From positions 4,960,001 to 5,024,000 of the forward strand of contig CP089274.1 of assembly GCA_023920165.1 (NCBI GenBank): a stretch of DNA of 64,000 bases, in the 5' to 3' direction. Numbering within the stretch: position 1 is the stretch's first letter; each line of letters opens with the position of its first letter. This stretch comes from Curvularia clavata (Eukaryota). The notes under the pieces were generated by a model. That model worked only from the letters and a program-made list of their open reading frames with translations, had not been told where the DNA came from and searched no databases. The translations under genes were made by a program, and so were the position numbers. Positions 1 through 12,209 of this stretch are shown in pieces.

Positions 1-643
1 CTTGTTCGAAGGCTGCCTCGTCGAAAGCTGGCACTTCGTCCTGCGCCCGCTGCTTCCCTTGCGCCACCTCGGACATTTGCGCGCTCTGAAAGCTCGGTGT
101 TTGCATGAATGTTTGACCTCCGAACCCACTCATGCCGTATCCCGACATGTTCCCAAATGTGTTCTGCTGTAGCGCGGGAGCCTGCGCAGCTGGGACCTGC
201 TGCTTCAAGAAGTCCTGGTGCCATGCTGACGCTGCATTCGCCGCCTGCGGTCGTTGCTGCTGGAACACTTGTGGAGGTGGGCCGCTGACATTTAGACGTT
301 GAAAGTCAGCAGCCCAATCGGGGGCTTGAGGGGCTTGCGCAAACTGCGGAGGGGGTTGTGCGAAGCGCGGAGCAAAGTGCTGGAGATCCTGCGGCGGGCC
401 AGGTCGTCCAGCCTGAAAGGCATCGAACTCTGAATCTAATGCTCCGGCATTTGGTCCTGGTGCTGATCTAAAACCCTGAACAACTGTTAGATTCTTGCCT
501 TCCTCCAGAAATCACAAATGGTAGCATGCCTGCGCTGGCGAATGTCTGCCGACTAGTCGGTCTTGCTGCAGCGTCCGATCGACGGTGGTATGTTTCTGGA
601 AATTTTGAAGAGCGTTCGAGGGCCCGCAAAGTGCGTCTGCCAT
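1..643 (-). CDS. PEX5: Peroxisomal targeting signal 1 receptor, 5' part (runs off the left edge); exon 1 643-530, GC-AG intron 529-476
   Basis: Manual translation: MADALCGPSNALQNFQKHTTVDRTLQQDRLVGRHSPAQ|GFRSAPGPNAGALDSEFDAFQAG. This is the typical filamentous-fungal Pex5 N-terminus with its conserved N-terminal Cys, followed by WxxxF motifs (WAADF, WHQDF). Not in the ORF track. Confidence 0.92.
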
Positions 644-752
644 TATGAATCAAGGCGAAAAAGGGTATCAACGCGGGCTAAAACAAGTGGTAGAGAGGTG
701 CTTGAGGGTTGGGTCAATGAACCATGACAGTGTTCCATCCGATGATCAAAAG

Positions 753-758
753 CCGAGG
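753..758. promoter_or_regulatory. Candidate FarA/FarB (Ctf1-type) site CCGAGG/CCTCGG upstream of PEX5
   Basis: CCGAGG lies 110 bp upstream of the PEX5 ATG. CCTCGG is the known core element of fatty-acid and peroxisome gene promoters in Aspergillus. It is only a 6-mer. Confidence 0.45.
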
Positions 759-1120
759 CTCGTTGGAGCGGACCGAAGTCGCCCCATGCGGCCCCTGCAT
801 GTCGTCACATGCCATCAGGTAACAGATCTGACGAACACACACCACGTGCCACTTCTTCCACGTTACAATAGAACCTCAGAATCGGTATCGTGGCAGTACA
901 TCACCAGACAAGACATGAGTTAACATAGGCGCAACCACATACATTTACAGGTTGTACTCGCATAACTGGTTAAATTCACTACGCTGCGTACATGAGAATC
1001 ATAACTAAACCACATGTAACCAAGATACCGTATAAAACATTGAAGAAAGAGTAAAGAGGAGAACTGGTATATCGTTATAAAGCGTGAGCGACGCAAACAA
1101 CACAACAATCCGACAGCAGC

Positions 1121-3466
1121 CTATCTGAAGAGCATATCTCCCAAGGTGACATTGCTGCGAGCAGACGTCGCCCCAACAACGCTCCTAGAGCGGGACCTGG
1201 ACTTCCTGCGCACAAAGGCATACTCCTTGTTGCCTCTCCTATCGCGACCTTCGGCCTCGATAAAGAGTCTGCTGCCATGGTTTGTGCGGAGGCGGCGTGT
1301 GTGCTCGAAAAGGACGTCCGTCTCGCGTTGCGACATCTCGCGAAGGACAATGATGTATTCTGGGTTATGCTGGTTACACTGTTAGCGCTGGAACGTTTGC
1401 TGCAGAATCATGTGACTTACAGCATCGTATTCATAGGGAATGTCATAGTAGTGCAGTGTCTCTACGTCGAGATGACTAACGTGGATCTTGGCAAAGGTAG
1501 GCGGGGGCGCAATCGCATGATGTTGATGGTGGTGATGATGAGGTGCTGCGATCTGGGGAATGGGGTTGTTTGGCAGCATGCCCTGTTGCAACTCGCGCTG
1601 CTTCTCGGGGTTCACGAGGACCTGGATCTGATTGTCTTGGAAGCCAAATTGAGAGAGCCTCTTGCGCATCGCCTCCTCGAGCTCCTTCTCTTGAGCCTCT
1701 TTCTTCTTCTTTTCCTCTTCTTGCCTCTCCTTCTCCTTGCGCATAAAGGCGTCATACTCTTCCTTTTCCTTTCTCTTCTTCTCTTCCTCCTCCATCTTGA
1801 GCTTCAGAATCATCTCTTCACGTGCCTTCTTCTCCTTTTCGGCATCTAGGATCTTCTTGCGCTCATACTCATAGATGATGCGGTCACGTTCTGCCTGTGC
1901 CTCAGCTTCAGCCTTGGCCTTCTTTCTCTCGTATTCTTCAACCGCACGGCGCTGTGCCTCCTCTGCTTCCTTTGCCTGCTTGGCCATTTTGGCCTCGTTT
2001 TCGGCAATGATGCGCTTACGCTCTTCCTCTTTGGCCTTTTCCTGGAGCTCCCGTTCCCGAGCCTCTTTCTCCAGCTTGGCCGTGTTCTCAGCGATGATGC
2101 GCTGGCGCTCTGCTTCTTCTTTCTTCTTCTTTTTCTCCAGGTCGGCCAGGATCTTTTCGCGCTGCTCTTCTGCCTCGCGTTGCTCCTTTGCTTGCTTTAG
2201 CCGGCTTTCTGCGAGGATGTGCCTGCGCTCTTCCTCTTCCTCTCGCTTCTTCCTCTCCATATCAGCCAAGATCTTGTCACGCTGTTCCTCTTGTTCGCGC
2301 TGCTCTCTTGCTTGCCTCAGTCGGCTTTCGGCAAGGATGTGCTTGCGTTCTTCTTCTTGCTCGCGCTTCTCCTTCTCCAGGTCGGCGAGAAGCTTATCAC
2401 GCTGCTCAGCCTTTTCTCTCTGCTCACGCGTCATTTGTGCGCGGTTCTCGGCAATGATGGCAGCACGCTTTCTCTCATCTTCGGCCTCGCGTCGTTCACG
2501 TTCGCGCTCTTCCTTTTCTCGCTTCAGCTCCCAGTCGCGGCGCATAGTCTCCTCGAGCCTTCGGAGATTGTGTTCCTCACGCGCGCGCTCCCTTTGATCA
2601 GTAATGAATTCAAGCTCCATTCGGCGGCGGAGGAGCTCTTCGCGGTTCTTCATCTCCTCTTCCTGCCGTTCGCGCTCGAGCTTTTCTTCGGCTTCTCTTA
2701 GCCGCTGTTGAGAGAGAGCCAGCTTGACCTTGTCTTCAGCACTACGGTCGGGCGAGTGATGATGTTTATGGCTATACCACTCCAACCGCTCTCTTTCTCG
2801 CTCTCGCTCTCGATCTCTTTCACGCTCCATCTCAAGATCCTTGAGTCGCTGCTCAGCCAAGGTGAGCTTAAGCTTGTCAGCGTAGTCGTGTTCGGGAGAG
2901 TGACGACGCTCATTGTATCGCTCTCGTTTTTCTCTCTCTCGCTCCATTTCGAGATCTTTGAGTCGTTGCTCAGCCAAGGTCAGTTTGATCTTGTCGGTGT
3001 AGTCGGGTGAGTGACGTCGTTCCTGATACTCGTGCCTGGAGCGAGAGCGATGCTCTTTTCGCAGATCTGCCCTCAACGCAAGGATATCCTCCTCGAGCTC
3101 AAAAGCACCAGGGATGCGCTTGGTCTCCTGGCGGCCGCGGGGACTGGTATCCCGGCTCTTGTGCTCGTTGCGTACATGAGGGCTGCTCTCGTTGTCCATG
3201 CGAGCAGTGTTGACAATGGTCACATTGGGGACTGGCGCGTGGCCTTGGGAACGGGTGCGGTGGAGGGAAGTGGTATAATGTACTTCTGGCACTAGAAACT
3301 CACTGGTACGACGGGCATGTTCGGCACGGAGGACGTCGTCGTCTCGAACCCTTGGTGCCAGAGGGGATGCTGCACGAACATGGCGAGTGCTGGACGTGAC
3401 ACGATCTTTCCTGCTGTACCACTCGTCGTCTTCGTAGCATTCGTCCCACTCGTCTGCTCGGACCAT
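1121..3466 (-). CDS. Long E/R/K-rich coiled-coil repeat protein with a conserved-looking fungal C-terminal domain (HLDVETLHYYDIPYEYD...EYIIVLREM...LFEHTRRLR); intron 1420-1370
   Basis: ORF 1382-3532 (first ATG at 3466, MVRADEWDE) joins the 1121-1369 exon through a GTAAGT...CTAAC...CAG intron. It contains internal 39-aa and 40-aa tandem repeats. Confidence 0.85.
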
Positions 3467-4501
3467 GGTGGGTATGAGGGGATAGAGGAAGTAGTGAGGG
3501 ATAAACTGAGGGTAAACAGTGTCGAGAGGCACAGTCTACGGCAGCCAAAAGAGGGTAGCAATCCGGGCTGACACTGCTTGTTTCTTGTCTCAGCGGGGAC
3601 GAGGGCAGGGCAGAGGGGATTGGACGGTGAAATGACACAGCAGAAAAGCGGCGGTATGCAGGTAAGCAGAAGAGAATCAGCTCGAAAGTGCGGCGGCCGA
3701 GAATTTGAAAGAGGGAGAGCAGGCTCATGTCACATTTGGGGGCTGAAATGCTCCCGCGATGCAGCTAGTCATCAGGCAGCTACCGCCAGGGCTGAGAGGC
3801 CGGGGCATGTTAGGCGCTGGTCTGCTGGACACCGATTAGCCTGTAGCCCTTGACCAGCTGTCTGCGACGGGACGGGTGGCAGTGAGCACGCACCCATGGC
3901 AGCTGTGTACAAAGCATGTATTTCAGAGGGCGCTGCCACGGCGAAATGGGCGATACTTGCCACCTCGATGCCGTGCAACATGGACGGAATGGTACAGTAC
4001 AGAGGTGAAAATGCCATGGGTTTGGTGGGGCCCGCCACGTCTGGATGGGGGCCACTAACAAACCCCTCTTTCCTCTTGCAGCCGCGGGGGCTGAAAATAC
4101 CCGTCACGTGCCTGATGCCGTGCCGTAGCGTATCGCGAAACACTGTACAGTGCAATGCAGTGCACGACAACGCCCACAACCATCCAATGCCTTGGGTGTC
4201 GTCGCTCTGTTTACAGCCTGCTAGAATCTGCGCGCTTCGTGGTACATAACTTGTCTGGCATGAGCAAGAGCAGTGCGCTCACGTGCAGAGTAAGCGTTCC
4301 GCTAGCGACATTGGGCCCCCAGGCCAAAGATAGTAGTTGGGAGATCCAAATTTACACATGTCCCCTGCACGCGACTGGGCCGGACTCGACTCGACTGGAT
4401 TGGAACATCAAGCAACTTGCTGTCCGAGGATTTGGATAGAGCGAAGAGGTATCTAACCGCCAGCCGTAACGCCGCCCATGCAGATATCATACACTGTGCC
4501 T

Positions 4502-5536
4502 TTACATCTTGTCCTCAACCGCCTCCTTCAAGCTAACCGCCCGTCGAACCAGTTCTTCGTAGACTGTCCAGGCGAGCGCACTGCTTATCGCCTTTCTGGC
4601 AATTCTAATGCCCAGCCCGTCAAACAAGCTGCGCACCCCTTCCTCGACAAGCATCTTCTTGCCTGCTTGTATCGTGTTTGCATATTGGTCAGGCATGAGT
4701 TGAATGCGTGTCTTGATGGCGTCAAACGGGTTCGTCACCGTCGTGCCCAGCCCAGCAGCCACAACGCCAGAAGTGAAGTTGATGCCCGCAGACGTGCTCG
4801 ACGAGAGTTTGGTCGCTGTACCAGTCGTTTCTTCGATCCTGGTTGCCAAGCTCGATAGTCTGCGCTTCGACTGTTCGTAAAACAAAACATAGAGCCCTGC
4901 ATATGGGGCGTCGCGGACCGCAGTTGCGCCAAATCCAGCAAAGAAGCCCTTGAGCCCCTCTGTGCGGAAAATGTCCCTCGAAGCAGAGAACAAAGAATTG
5001 TACGAGTACAGACTGCTCTCATACCGCACCTTGAGCACAGTGATGGGCATCATGACAAACCCCGCCCATGTTCGCGCAAATGCCCCGGTTGCAAGATTGG
5101 CAGTGTTGCTCAGCTTTGGCAGCGAGCTGGAATGCTCGCCTCCCCTTGCTGCCGCATCCGCCCTCCCCGCGGCAATCAGGCTCGCTCGATGCCGCAGCGC
5201 ATTGAGGCTGGAAAAGTAGATTGCAGATCCAAAGCCTGTGCGTAGAGTACTTGGCAGTGTGCCCCTCCAGAACTGGCGGATGGGGTTTGGCCCGCTTGCT
5301 ATCGACTGGATGGTCCCAAGCAGCGTGCTGGAGCGAGACTGCTGGACGCGCGTCTTGAGGAGGTCGGCGGGCTGGAGGAGGACTGCAGACAGAATGCCTG
5401 AGTTCAAGCCGGCAAAGAAATGGACTGAGCTCGTGTGTCAGCCACGAGGGCCCTGCTGTCTTGCACCAAAGCTATCCCTCCTGCCCACACACACACACTT
5501 ACAGGAAGAAGACGGGCGCTTTCTACCATCTGACAT
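4502..5536 (-). CDS. HEM25: Mitochondrial carrier, glycine transporter (SLC25A38/Hem25 type); intron 5502-5425
   Basis: Three carrier signatures ([30 protein letters not shown]) and RDAPYAGLY. Exon 1 [11 protein letters not shown] splices to [10 protein letters not shown]. Confidence 0.9.
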
Positions 5537-6719
5537 TGCCGCGCAGTCAAATGTTCAAGGTTGGTAGCTGTGTTGAGAGTGAATTGGCTGCACTACGCAT
5601 CATGGCAGCAGCCGCTGAGTGTCAGAAACCGAACGACTGGAGTTGTGGCAGTCTAACGGGTGTCGCGAAAAAAGTCCATGACGTTTAAAAGACATGTTCC
5701 GAGTGCCGGCGGGCTGGGACGCCGAGGCACCGCCAGCCCACATCTCGTAATCTTCGCCCAAGGCGTCCTCTGCAACCTGCTTATATACTAGCACCTCACA
5801 ACGCATACCAAGGCGGCTTTCCCACGACGACTTTCCGCCGCTCTGACTCTTCCATGGCGAGTCGGTCCGCCTTCGAGCCTTGGGCGCCAAGCCCTTTTTC
5901 AATCTGCGCCACGACGCCAGGGCTGAGTTGGGCTCGCTGCTGGCCGACATGGGTACGCTGACTTTGACTCTCAGCTTCCTTATTGTTTTATTACGATTGT
6001 TTTTTTTTTCGACGCATCGTAGTTCACCTGTGCTGTTGCATCAAACAACTATATGAGGAATGCCCAAGTCGACTCATCTAGACCCTCGAGCACGGGGCTA
6101 GCGGGGTGAATCTGGGGTATCAGTGTGGCTGGCTCCAGACTGTCAGCCAAGACCTCTATACCTTCTTGGCTATCTCCCGCCTCCAAACCCTCTGCGGAAC
6201 AAACAGGAACGGGACCTGGGTGCGGCTGATAAGCTCGGAATCTTCAGCACACAGGCTCGAGGATCCGTGGTCGATGCGACCAGCTGTTGCATGTAGCGAG
6301 GACGGTCATGGTTGCTACCGCTGTTGCCCACCGCCCATGACAACACAGCGCCAAACATATATGCCCGAGCACATGCCTCGACTCCCAACGCCTTCATGGT
6401 CTTTCCCGGTCAGCGGGACGGCCTGCCAAGCTACACGTGTGCCCAAAGTAAGAGACAGATGATATCTAGGTCCAATGGCAGCCTGCCGCCGGCCTTTATT
6501 TTCCAAGAAAGTACCCTCCTTCACCTTCCATTATCATTCTTTGAGCTGCATGCCCAGCACGTCCCGCATTCCTTGGCACAACTCTCACCCCGGCAAACAT
6601 TCTCCTCATTCCGACTATACTAACAGCCGGGCCCGGGACCAATCGTTAACGCCCGCTCTTTTGCTCTTAAGCTTGCAGGGTCCCTGCGTTTCTGATCTCA
6701 TTGTACATCTACTCTAAAA

Positions 6720-8072
6720 ATGACCATACCAGCACTAAGAGTCACCGTGGATGGTGACAACAACAGAATATACCACGCAGGAGACAAAGTCACGGGCCAG
6801 GTTTGGCTGTCAATAGAGGAGCAGAAGCAGATTGAGTCGTTCAAATTGATCTTTGCTGGGAGTTGCATCACCAAGACCACTAGGCCTTCACACGTACATG
6901 GCACGGACGCCACTCCGCCGAGACAAGTCTACGAAGAGAAGATACGGCTATTCAACCGGGAGAGAGAGTTAGTTCCTCGTTGTAGGCTGGAGCCGAAGAA
7001 ATATTCATGGCCCTTTGAATTCATCTTCCCAACATCTACTGAGCCTCAATATAAACGCGCGGTACATGGAGACAACTACCTGTGCGAATCACATCCACTC
7101 CCGCCGTCCTTTCAGGTCAAAACAGATGTCCCAGATGGCTTGGCGCACATCTACTATTTTGTCCAGGCGAGACTCATTCTCGCTGGTTCCACAGAGATAA
7201 AAAGGTGCAAGCACATTCTACGCTACAGCCCGAAACCGCCAGAAGGAAGGAGACCGCGGACTCGATGCGCTTCCTCTGTGCTCTACGGCCAATCCTGGAA
7301 GCCGGTGAGAGATAAAGATGAGTCTCGGGTCAAGAAAGTCCTTTCCGGCGTCTCTATGAACTCCACGCCGCGCATCGTCCCGACAGTTTGTCACCCAATC
7401 GCCGTTGCACCAGGACAACACATCCCATTGTCACTCAACCTGCTAAATTCCCGCGATCCTGCCAATCATGCCGAAAGACAGTGCACCATCGATACCTTAT
7501 CCGTTACCATCTCAACCTACTCTACTACTATGTGCGGCAACTCGACATCCTATCCTGAGGACGTAGTATCCAAGCACATCACGTGCATAGCGCGAACCAA
7601 TATGCAGAAACCCATCGGATTCGGCAAAACAGTGCCCCTGACGGCAAATACCTTCCGTCTCATTGACGACGCTGAGTGCATCCCCACATTCAAAACCTAC
7701 ACGGTCACCCGTCGCTACACTCTTGGAGTATCTATCGGCATAAAATATCAAGACCAGCACTTTGTCATTCGCTCCACAACTCCCCTGGAAATCTTACCCC
7801 GAACTCCACGCGACTTGTCTTCTCTAGCGCCGGCAGAGGAAGACGAAGATGTGGAGCCACTGCCGCGTTATAGCCCGAGAGAATGCGAGGGAGAGTTTGC
7901 GCCAGACTATGAAGATATTCACAACACGCTGTCGCGTATGCCGTCGAGTGATCATTCAATGCTATCAAGAGTGGAGTCGAGCAGTTCGAGTTTCTTTTCA
8001 AGCGGTTCCATGGCGAGTACAGCGGCAAGTACGCCTGGATACGAAATGGAGCAGTTTAGTTATGCTACGTAG
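6720..8072 (+). CDS. Arrestin-fold (Arrestin_N-like) adaptor protein
   Basis: 450-aa single-exon ORF with YHAGDKVTGQV, YSWPFEFIFP, LPPSF and PTFKTYTVTRRYTL, plus C-terminal PY-like motifs (LPRY, APDY) typical of fungal alpha-arrestins. Confidence 0.8.
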   Translation: MTIPALRVTVDGDNNRIYHAGDKVTGQVWLSIEEQKQIESFKLIFAGSCITKTTRPSHVHGTDATPPRQVYEEKIRLFNRERELVPRCRLEPKKYSWPFEFIFPTSTEPQYKRAVHGDNYLCESHPLPPSFQVKTDVPDGLAHIYYFVQARLILAGSTEIKRCKHILRYSPKPPEGRRPRTRCASSVLYGQSWKPVRDKDESRVKKVLSGVSMNSTPRIVPTVCHPIAVAPGQHIPLSLNLLNSRDPANHAERQCTIDTLSVTISTYSTTMCGNSTSYPEDVVSKHITCIARTNMQKPIGFGKTVPLTANTFRLIDDAECIPTFKTYTVTRRYTLGVSIGIKYQDQHFVIRSTTPLEILPRTPRDLSSLAPAEEDEDVEPLPRYSPRECEGEFAPDYEDIHNTLSRMPSSDHSMLSRVESSSSSFFSSGSMASTAASTPGYEMEQFSYAT

Positions 8073-9948
8073 TCCTGGGGGGCATATGGAACTGGGTTTT
8101 GTCGTTACTGGCGTTCTGGTGAGACATGAGAATATGAGGTGGTGGTATCGACACAAGAGCTTTTTACTGCAGTACTTTTTCTTATGTGCTGCCAGGAAGT
8201 CAAGGCGTTACGGTACAAGCGTCGGAAAAGACGTTGACGGGGCGTTTGTATCGATTAGGTTTACTTGCAGAGCCATCTGCAGAACATAACAAAGGTACTA
8301 CGAAGAAATTATTATTTCAGCACCTCAAGCCACCTTCACCGGACCCCCTTCGTAGCAATTCCAGATACAACATTACCACTCACTATACCCAGCATTTGTT
8401 CATTCTCTTAACATCGTCTTTCTACCAGATTGTTCGCCCGCGCCTCTGTCTCTTCTTTGATTCTCTTCTCTTCGCCACCCGTTCTAAACCAAGCCCCAGA
8501 ACCACTACAAACCTTCCTCTTCGCCCTGCTAAACCTCCCACTTACCCAGTTGCTTCACCCTACTCCGCCCAGACACACTATCAACCCTCTTCGTTAATAT
8601 TCCCATCATCACCTACATTTATCAGTACCACCCTTCGTGCCTCAGCCTCATGACCCCGTTTAGTTCTTCTATTTCGCTTGCATCCTGCTCCTTGACCTCT
8701 CACGCGTACTAAGCTCTCTCTTGCCCAGAAGAGCAAGCAAGGTTAGGCAGGCTACCTGTTATAGTTATTAACTTTTGTTACAGAAGCAAACTGGTGGGTT
8801 GATAGTGGAAAGACGGGTTTGCTGTGCATCAGAATATGTCAATTTTGAGAAAACGAGGAAAGAATGGTCAGGCAAAGTTTTAGAATTAAGAAGGGTGGTA
8901 TTTTAGCATACGTGAGAGAGGGACGAGGTCCAGGGTTAGAGTTGAGCGGGAAAAATGCAATAGAGTAAGACAGAGAAATTGGTTTATGGGAGGAGAAGAA
9001 GCAGAAATAGCAGCTTTCAGTTTAGGTAAGATTACAACTTAATAGAAAGAGTAAAGGATATATATGGCAGTAGTGTGTTTGTGGGCTTAGTATAGAAGGT
9101 AGTTATATGGTTTCAAAATTGTAAGTGAGAACTAGAGTTTATTGTAGATTTTTAGAAGAAGAGAAGTGTAGACATATCAAGTTTGACTCGGCATTAGAGA
9201 GCACGACGTGAAACAATCGTAATATAAAGTCAGATTTAGGAAGATGACGATATGTAGAGTGTTGGAGTTATTCTTCCGTTCTTGAGGAATAGGACTGGGT
9301 TTTGCCGGTTTACTGAGATACCGCTGGATAAGGAGTTGGCGAAATAGTAGTACCTAGGTGGTTTTCTGGAAGAGAACCTAATTAACTCCTTACTCGAAAT
9401 TCCTTACACAATTTCATAATGCACAGTCAATAGAAGAATTGCAGTTCTCTTACAACACCGCCGACTCGAGGCCTTTTCCTGCTACACCCACCTCTGCCTT
9501 TGACCCTAGAAAATATCATCTCAACCCTGTGAGTCTTCCTCAATGCCTCCCAACCTTCCATTGTCTACACACATTGTGACAAGAGATATGATTGAGCTCA
9601 ATAGGATAAAGGTGGGCTGTAATCAAGTAGTTAAAGGCGGGCCTGAGAAGCAATTGCTAGGGGCATCTTTAGAAAAGAATATGCCTCTATATTCCAAATA
9701 GAGATCTAATTTATACCAACAGTATGATCATGTAGTACTAACATCTATACCTTTTCGCCCTGCATCCTCGTCCCTAGTCCCATCCTCTCCAGTCACACAC
9801 AACTAACACCCTGACCCTAGCTCAACTTCCCCCAAAACAACCACGCACGTCGTGCAAAATCCACACTCCCACATCGTACACGACACCTAAGACCGACGAT
9901 CCAAATCAGCCTAATTAGCACGAACTGCGTTGAGAACAAGTAACTATG

Positions 9949-9970
9949 CAAACAAACAAACAAACAAACA
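9949..9970 (+). repeat. (CAAA)n microsatellite
   Basis: caaacaaacaaacaaacaaaca read directly. Confidence 0.85.
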
Positions 9971-10205
9971 TGCAAAAAACGCGACGCGTCTAGAAGTCTT
10001 TAAGAAAACAAACAACAACACTAAGGAAAGTAGTTCAAACAAAGAAAAAAAAAGGCCAAGCAACAACCGGGCAAACCTACACCCCCTTTTTCGTCCCTGT
10101 TGCAGCTCCGCGGAGCCCGAGAAAAACACTCAGGTGAGTGCGACCATGACACGATCTACCTACAGTTGTACGACATCAACGCCTTTTCTCACGAATCCGC
10201 CAGCC

Positions 10206-10434
10206 CCCCTTCCACACCTTTCTTTTCCTACGTTGCTTTCAACGCCGCGAAAGGAAAGTTCCGCTTGTATTTTGGAACCTCCGACCGACGTGAGCAAAAA
10301 CGTGGCTCGTGTTGCTTTTGAGTGCCTTTCGGGGTAGAGTGTAGAGCTGAGAGGGAGAGGAGAGAGGTTGAGAAAGCGGCGGGGGAAGAAACAAGTAGCG
10401 GAAAAGCAATAGGAAAAGGAAGGAGCGGAAGGGG
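10206..10434. repeat. Imperfect inverted repeat (~30-bp stem; arms 10206-10239 and 10403-10434)
   Basis: ccccttccacacctttcttttccta(cg)ttgcttt pairs with aaagcaataggaaaaggaaggagcggaagggg, with 2 mismatches, one G-T pair and a 2-nt bulge. Confidence 0.7.
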
Positions 10435-12209
10435 AAGGCAGATAGTCAGGTACTAGTACCACTTCAACGCCGCTAGTCTGCTAGCACTACGCTTCAAGCT
10501 TGCGTAGGGAAAGAGAAAAGCGTAGTGGTTTGCTTGCGAATGGGGATAAATCGAACCTAGATACGTAGCGCGCCAGTGGAAGGAAAAAAGCAATGCATTA
10601 GGTTGAAGGTTTTGTGGGCGTAGAATCTGGCGGCTCAACCCAGCTCCTCTTCTTCAAGACCAGGTTTAAAAAAAATAAGAAATTGCCATCTGACTACCTT
10701 TTTTTTTTCCTCTCCATCTTTGACATTTCTTCTCTTCAACACTCCGCTCCCGCCTTCGTCCCTCTTCTATCCTTCTTCCTTCTTCCGCTGTCCCGCGAAA
10801 AGCCTCAAAATATCAAAAAGGAAGTGTTGGCGTAGGCTGGACATTCCAAATCTACTTACTTCGCCCCCCCTGTTTATTTTTCCTTGTACAACCCGCGTAT
10901 GCGTGTGCGTATACGGTGGCTAGCTATCGTAGCCTAGGTACATGGTTTTAGCACTGACTCTGCTATTCTAGACTACTGCGAAGCCGTGCGCGTAGCTCCG
11001 TCAAAAGCCCACTAGAAGGACAATAGTAGAGGTAGAGAACACGCGACGAGACAGCAACATCCTTGTACTTTGAAAGAACCTCTGAGAAAGAGGGCTGAGT
11101 GTGGCACATTGGCAACTCACTTCCTCTCCTACTGTGCTTGTTCGTTTAATCGTAGTACATGTGCTCGCTCGTTCGCTGTGCACTTACCTCTCTATCGTCA
11201 TTCTCCGACTAGACGCTCGCACGTACCCTCCTGCCCCCCGGAGCATACTAGATAATACAAATCACAGACTCCACATTGCCATTCATGACATCACTTACCC
11301 TTGCCGCTAGACAAGCTCACCGTCGGCCTCGCTAGTTAGCTCATCGGGTAATCGGCTGCGCTGGGCTGCGCTCGCTCCGATGGCTTCTTCGTATGTATGC
11401 AGAAGCTCAGGGGCTAGTCACCTTTTGTGGGCTTTGCCCCTGGCGGCACGACGGGATGGGGGAAAAAAGAAGGAATACGTCAGCAAAAAGGATAGAGAGG
11501 GTAAGATGCGAGATGTAAGCGCCGTTGCGTTGTGGCTTGAAAAAGCAAAGATTGAGAGAAAGAGGGAAAAAAAAGGAAGGAGAGGAAGGGGCTTTACTGG
11601 CCATGTTTGCTTACCAACAAGCTGGTTGAGGGTCATGGAAAATGAAACACCGAGATGAGTGAGATCACGATAGCAAAACAGAGGAGACACATACTGGATG
11701 GATAGATTCTTTTTCCCCCTCCCTTGTATTCCTATGCTTCAGCGGATTTCGGGACAAATGCATGGACGTATGATACGCTACAACACCACATACACACAGC
11801 AAAAAAACAAAAAAGTCTTCTCTCAAAACATCTTACACACATGTGCTTTCATTATCTTCCAAAATACGCCACAAAACTTGACTTTCGCCAAGAACGTATC
11901 CAAGTCAATCACATACACACACAGCATCCATATACAACGACCCAAAAAAAGACACAGACAGATAGACAGACCAATTATGGCGAGCCAGAAAAAAAGGCCC
12001 CTTTCCAACAATTGAACAAGGAAAAAAAAACATGCACAAAGCAGCAAAGCAGATAGACTTAGAAAAATACAGTGGTTCCAAGATGCAAGCAAGTATCAAG
12101 GAACGAAATAGTTGCGCTTTTAACTCCCCCCATGTTTGTCAAGACAAGCAAAATAAAATAAAAAACGCCTTATTTCCTGGATTCATTACATTCCCGCCTT
12201 TGAAAAAGG

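Noticed and set aside
1277..3010. Long plus-strand ORFs rich in S/F/L/R opposite the coiled-coil gene
   Set aside because: They are antisense shadows of the repetitive E/R/K codons.
8932..8939. CTAACCCT on the minus strand as a possible telomerase RNA template
   Set aside because: Only 8 nt, I could not identify a pseudoknot or CR4/5 element, and there is little room before the arrestin gene. Chance is likely.
8640..9900. RIP-degenerated transposon
   Set aside because: No transposase or RT remnants, terminal repeats or target-site duplications were recognisable, and AT enrichment is moderate. Not called, though not excluded.
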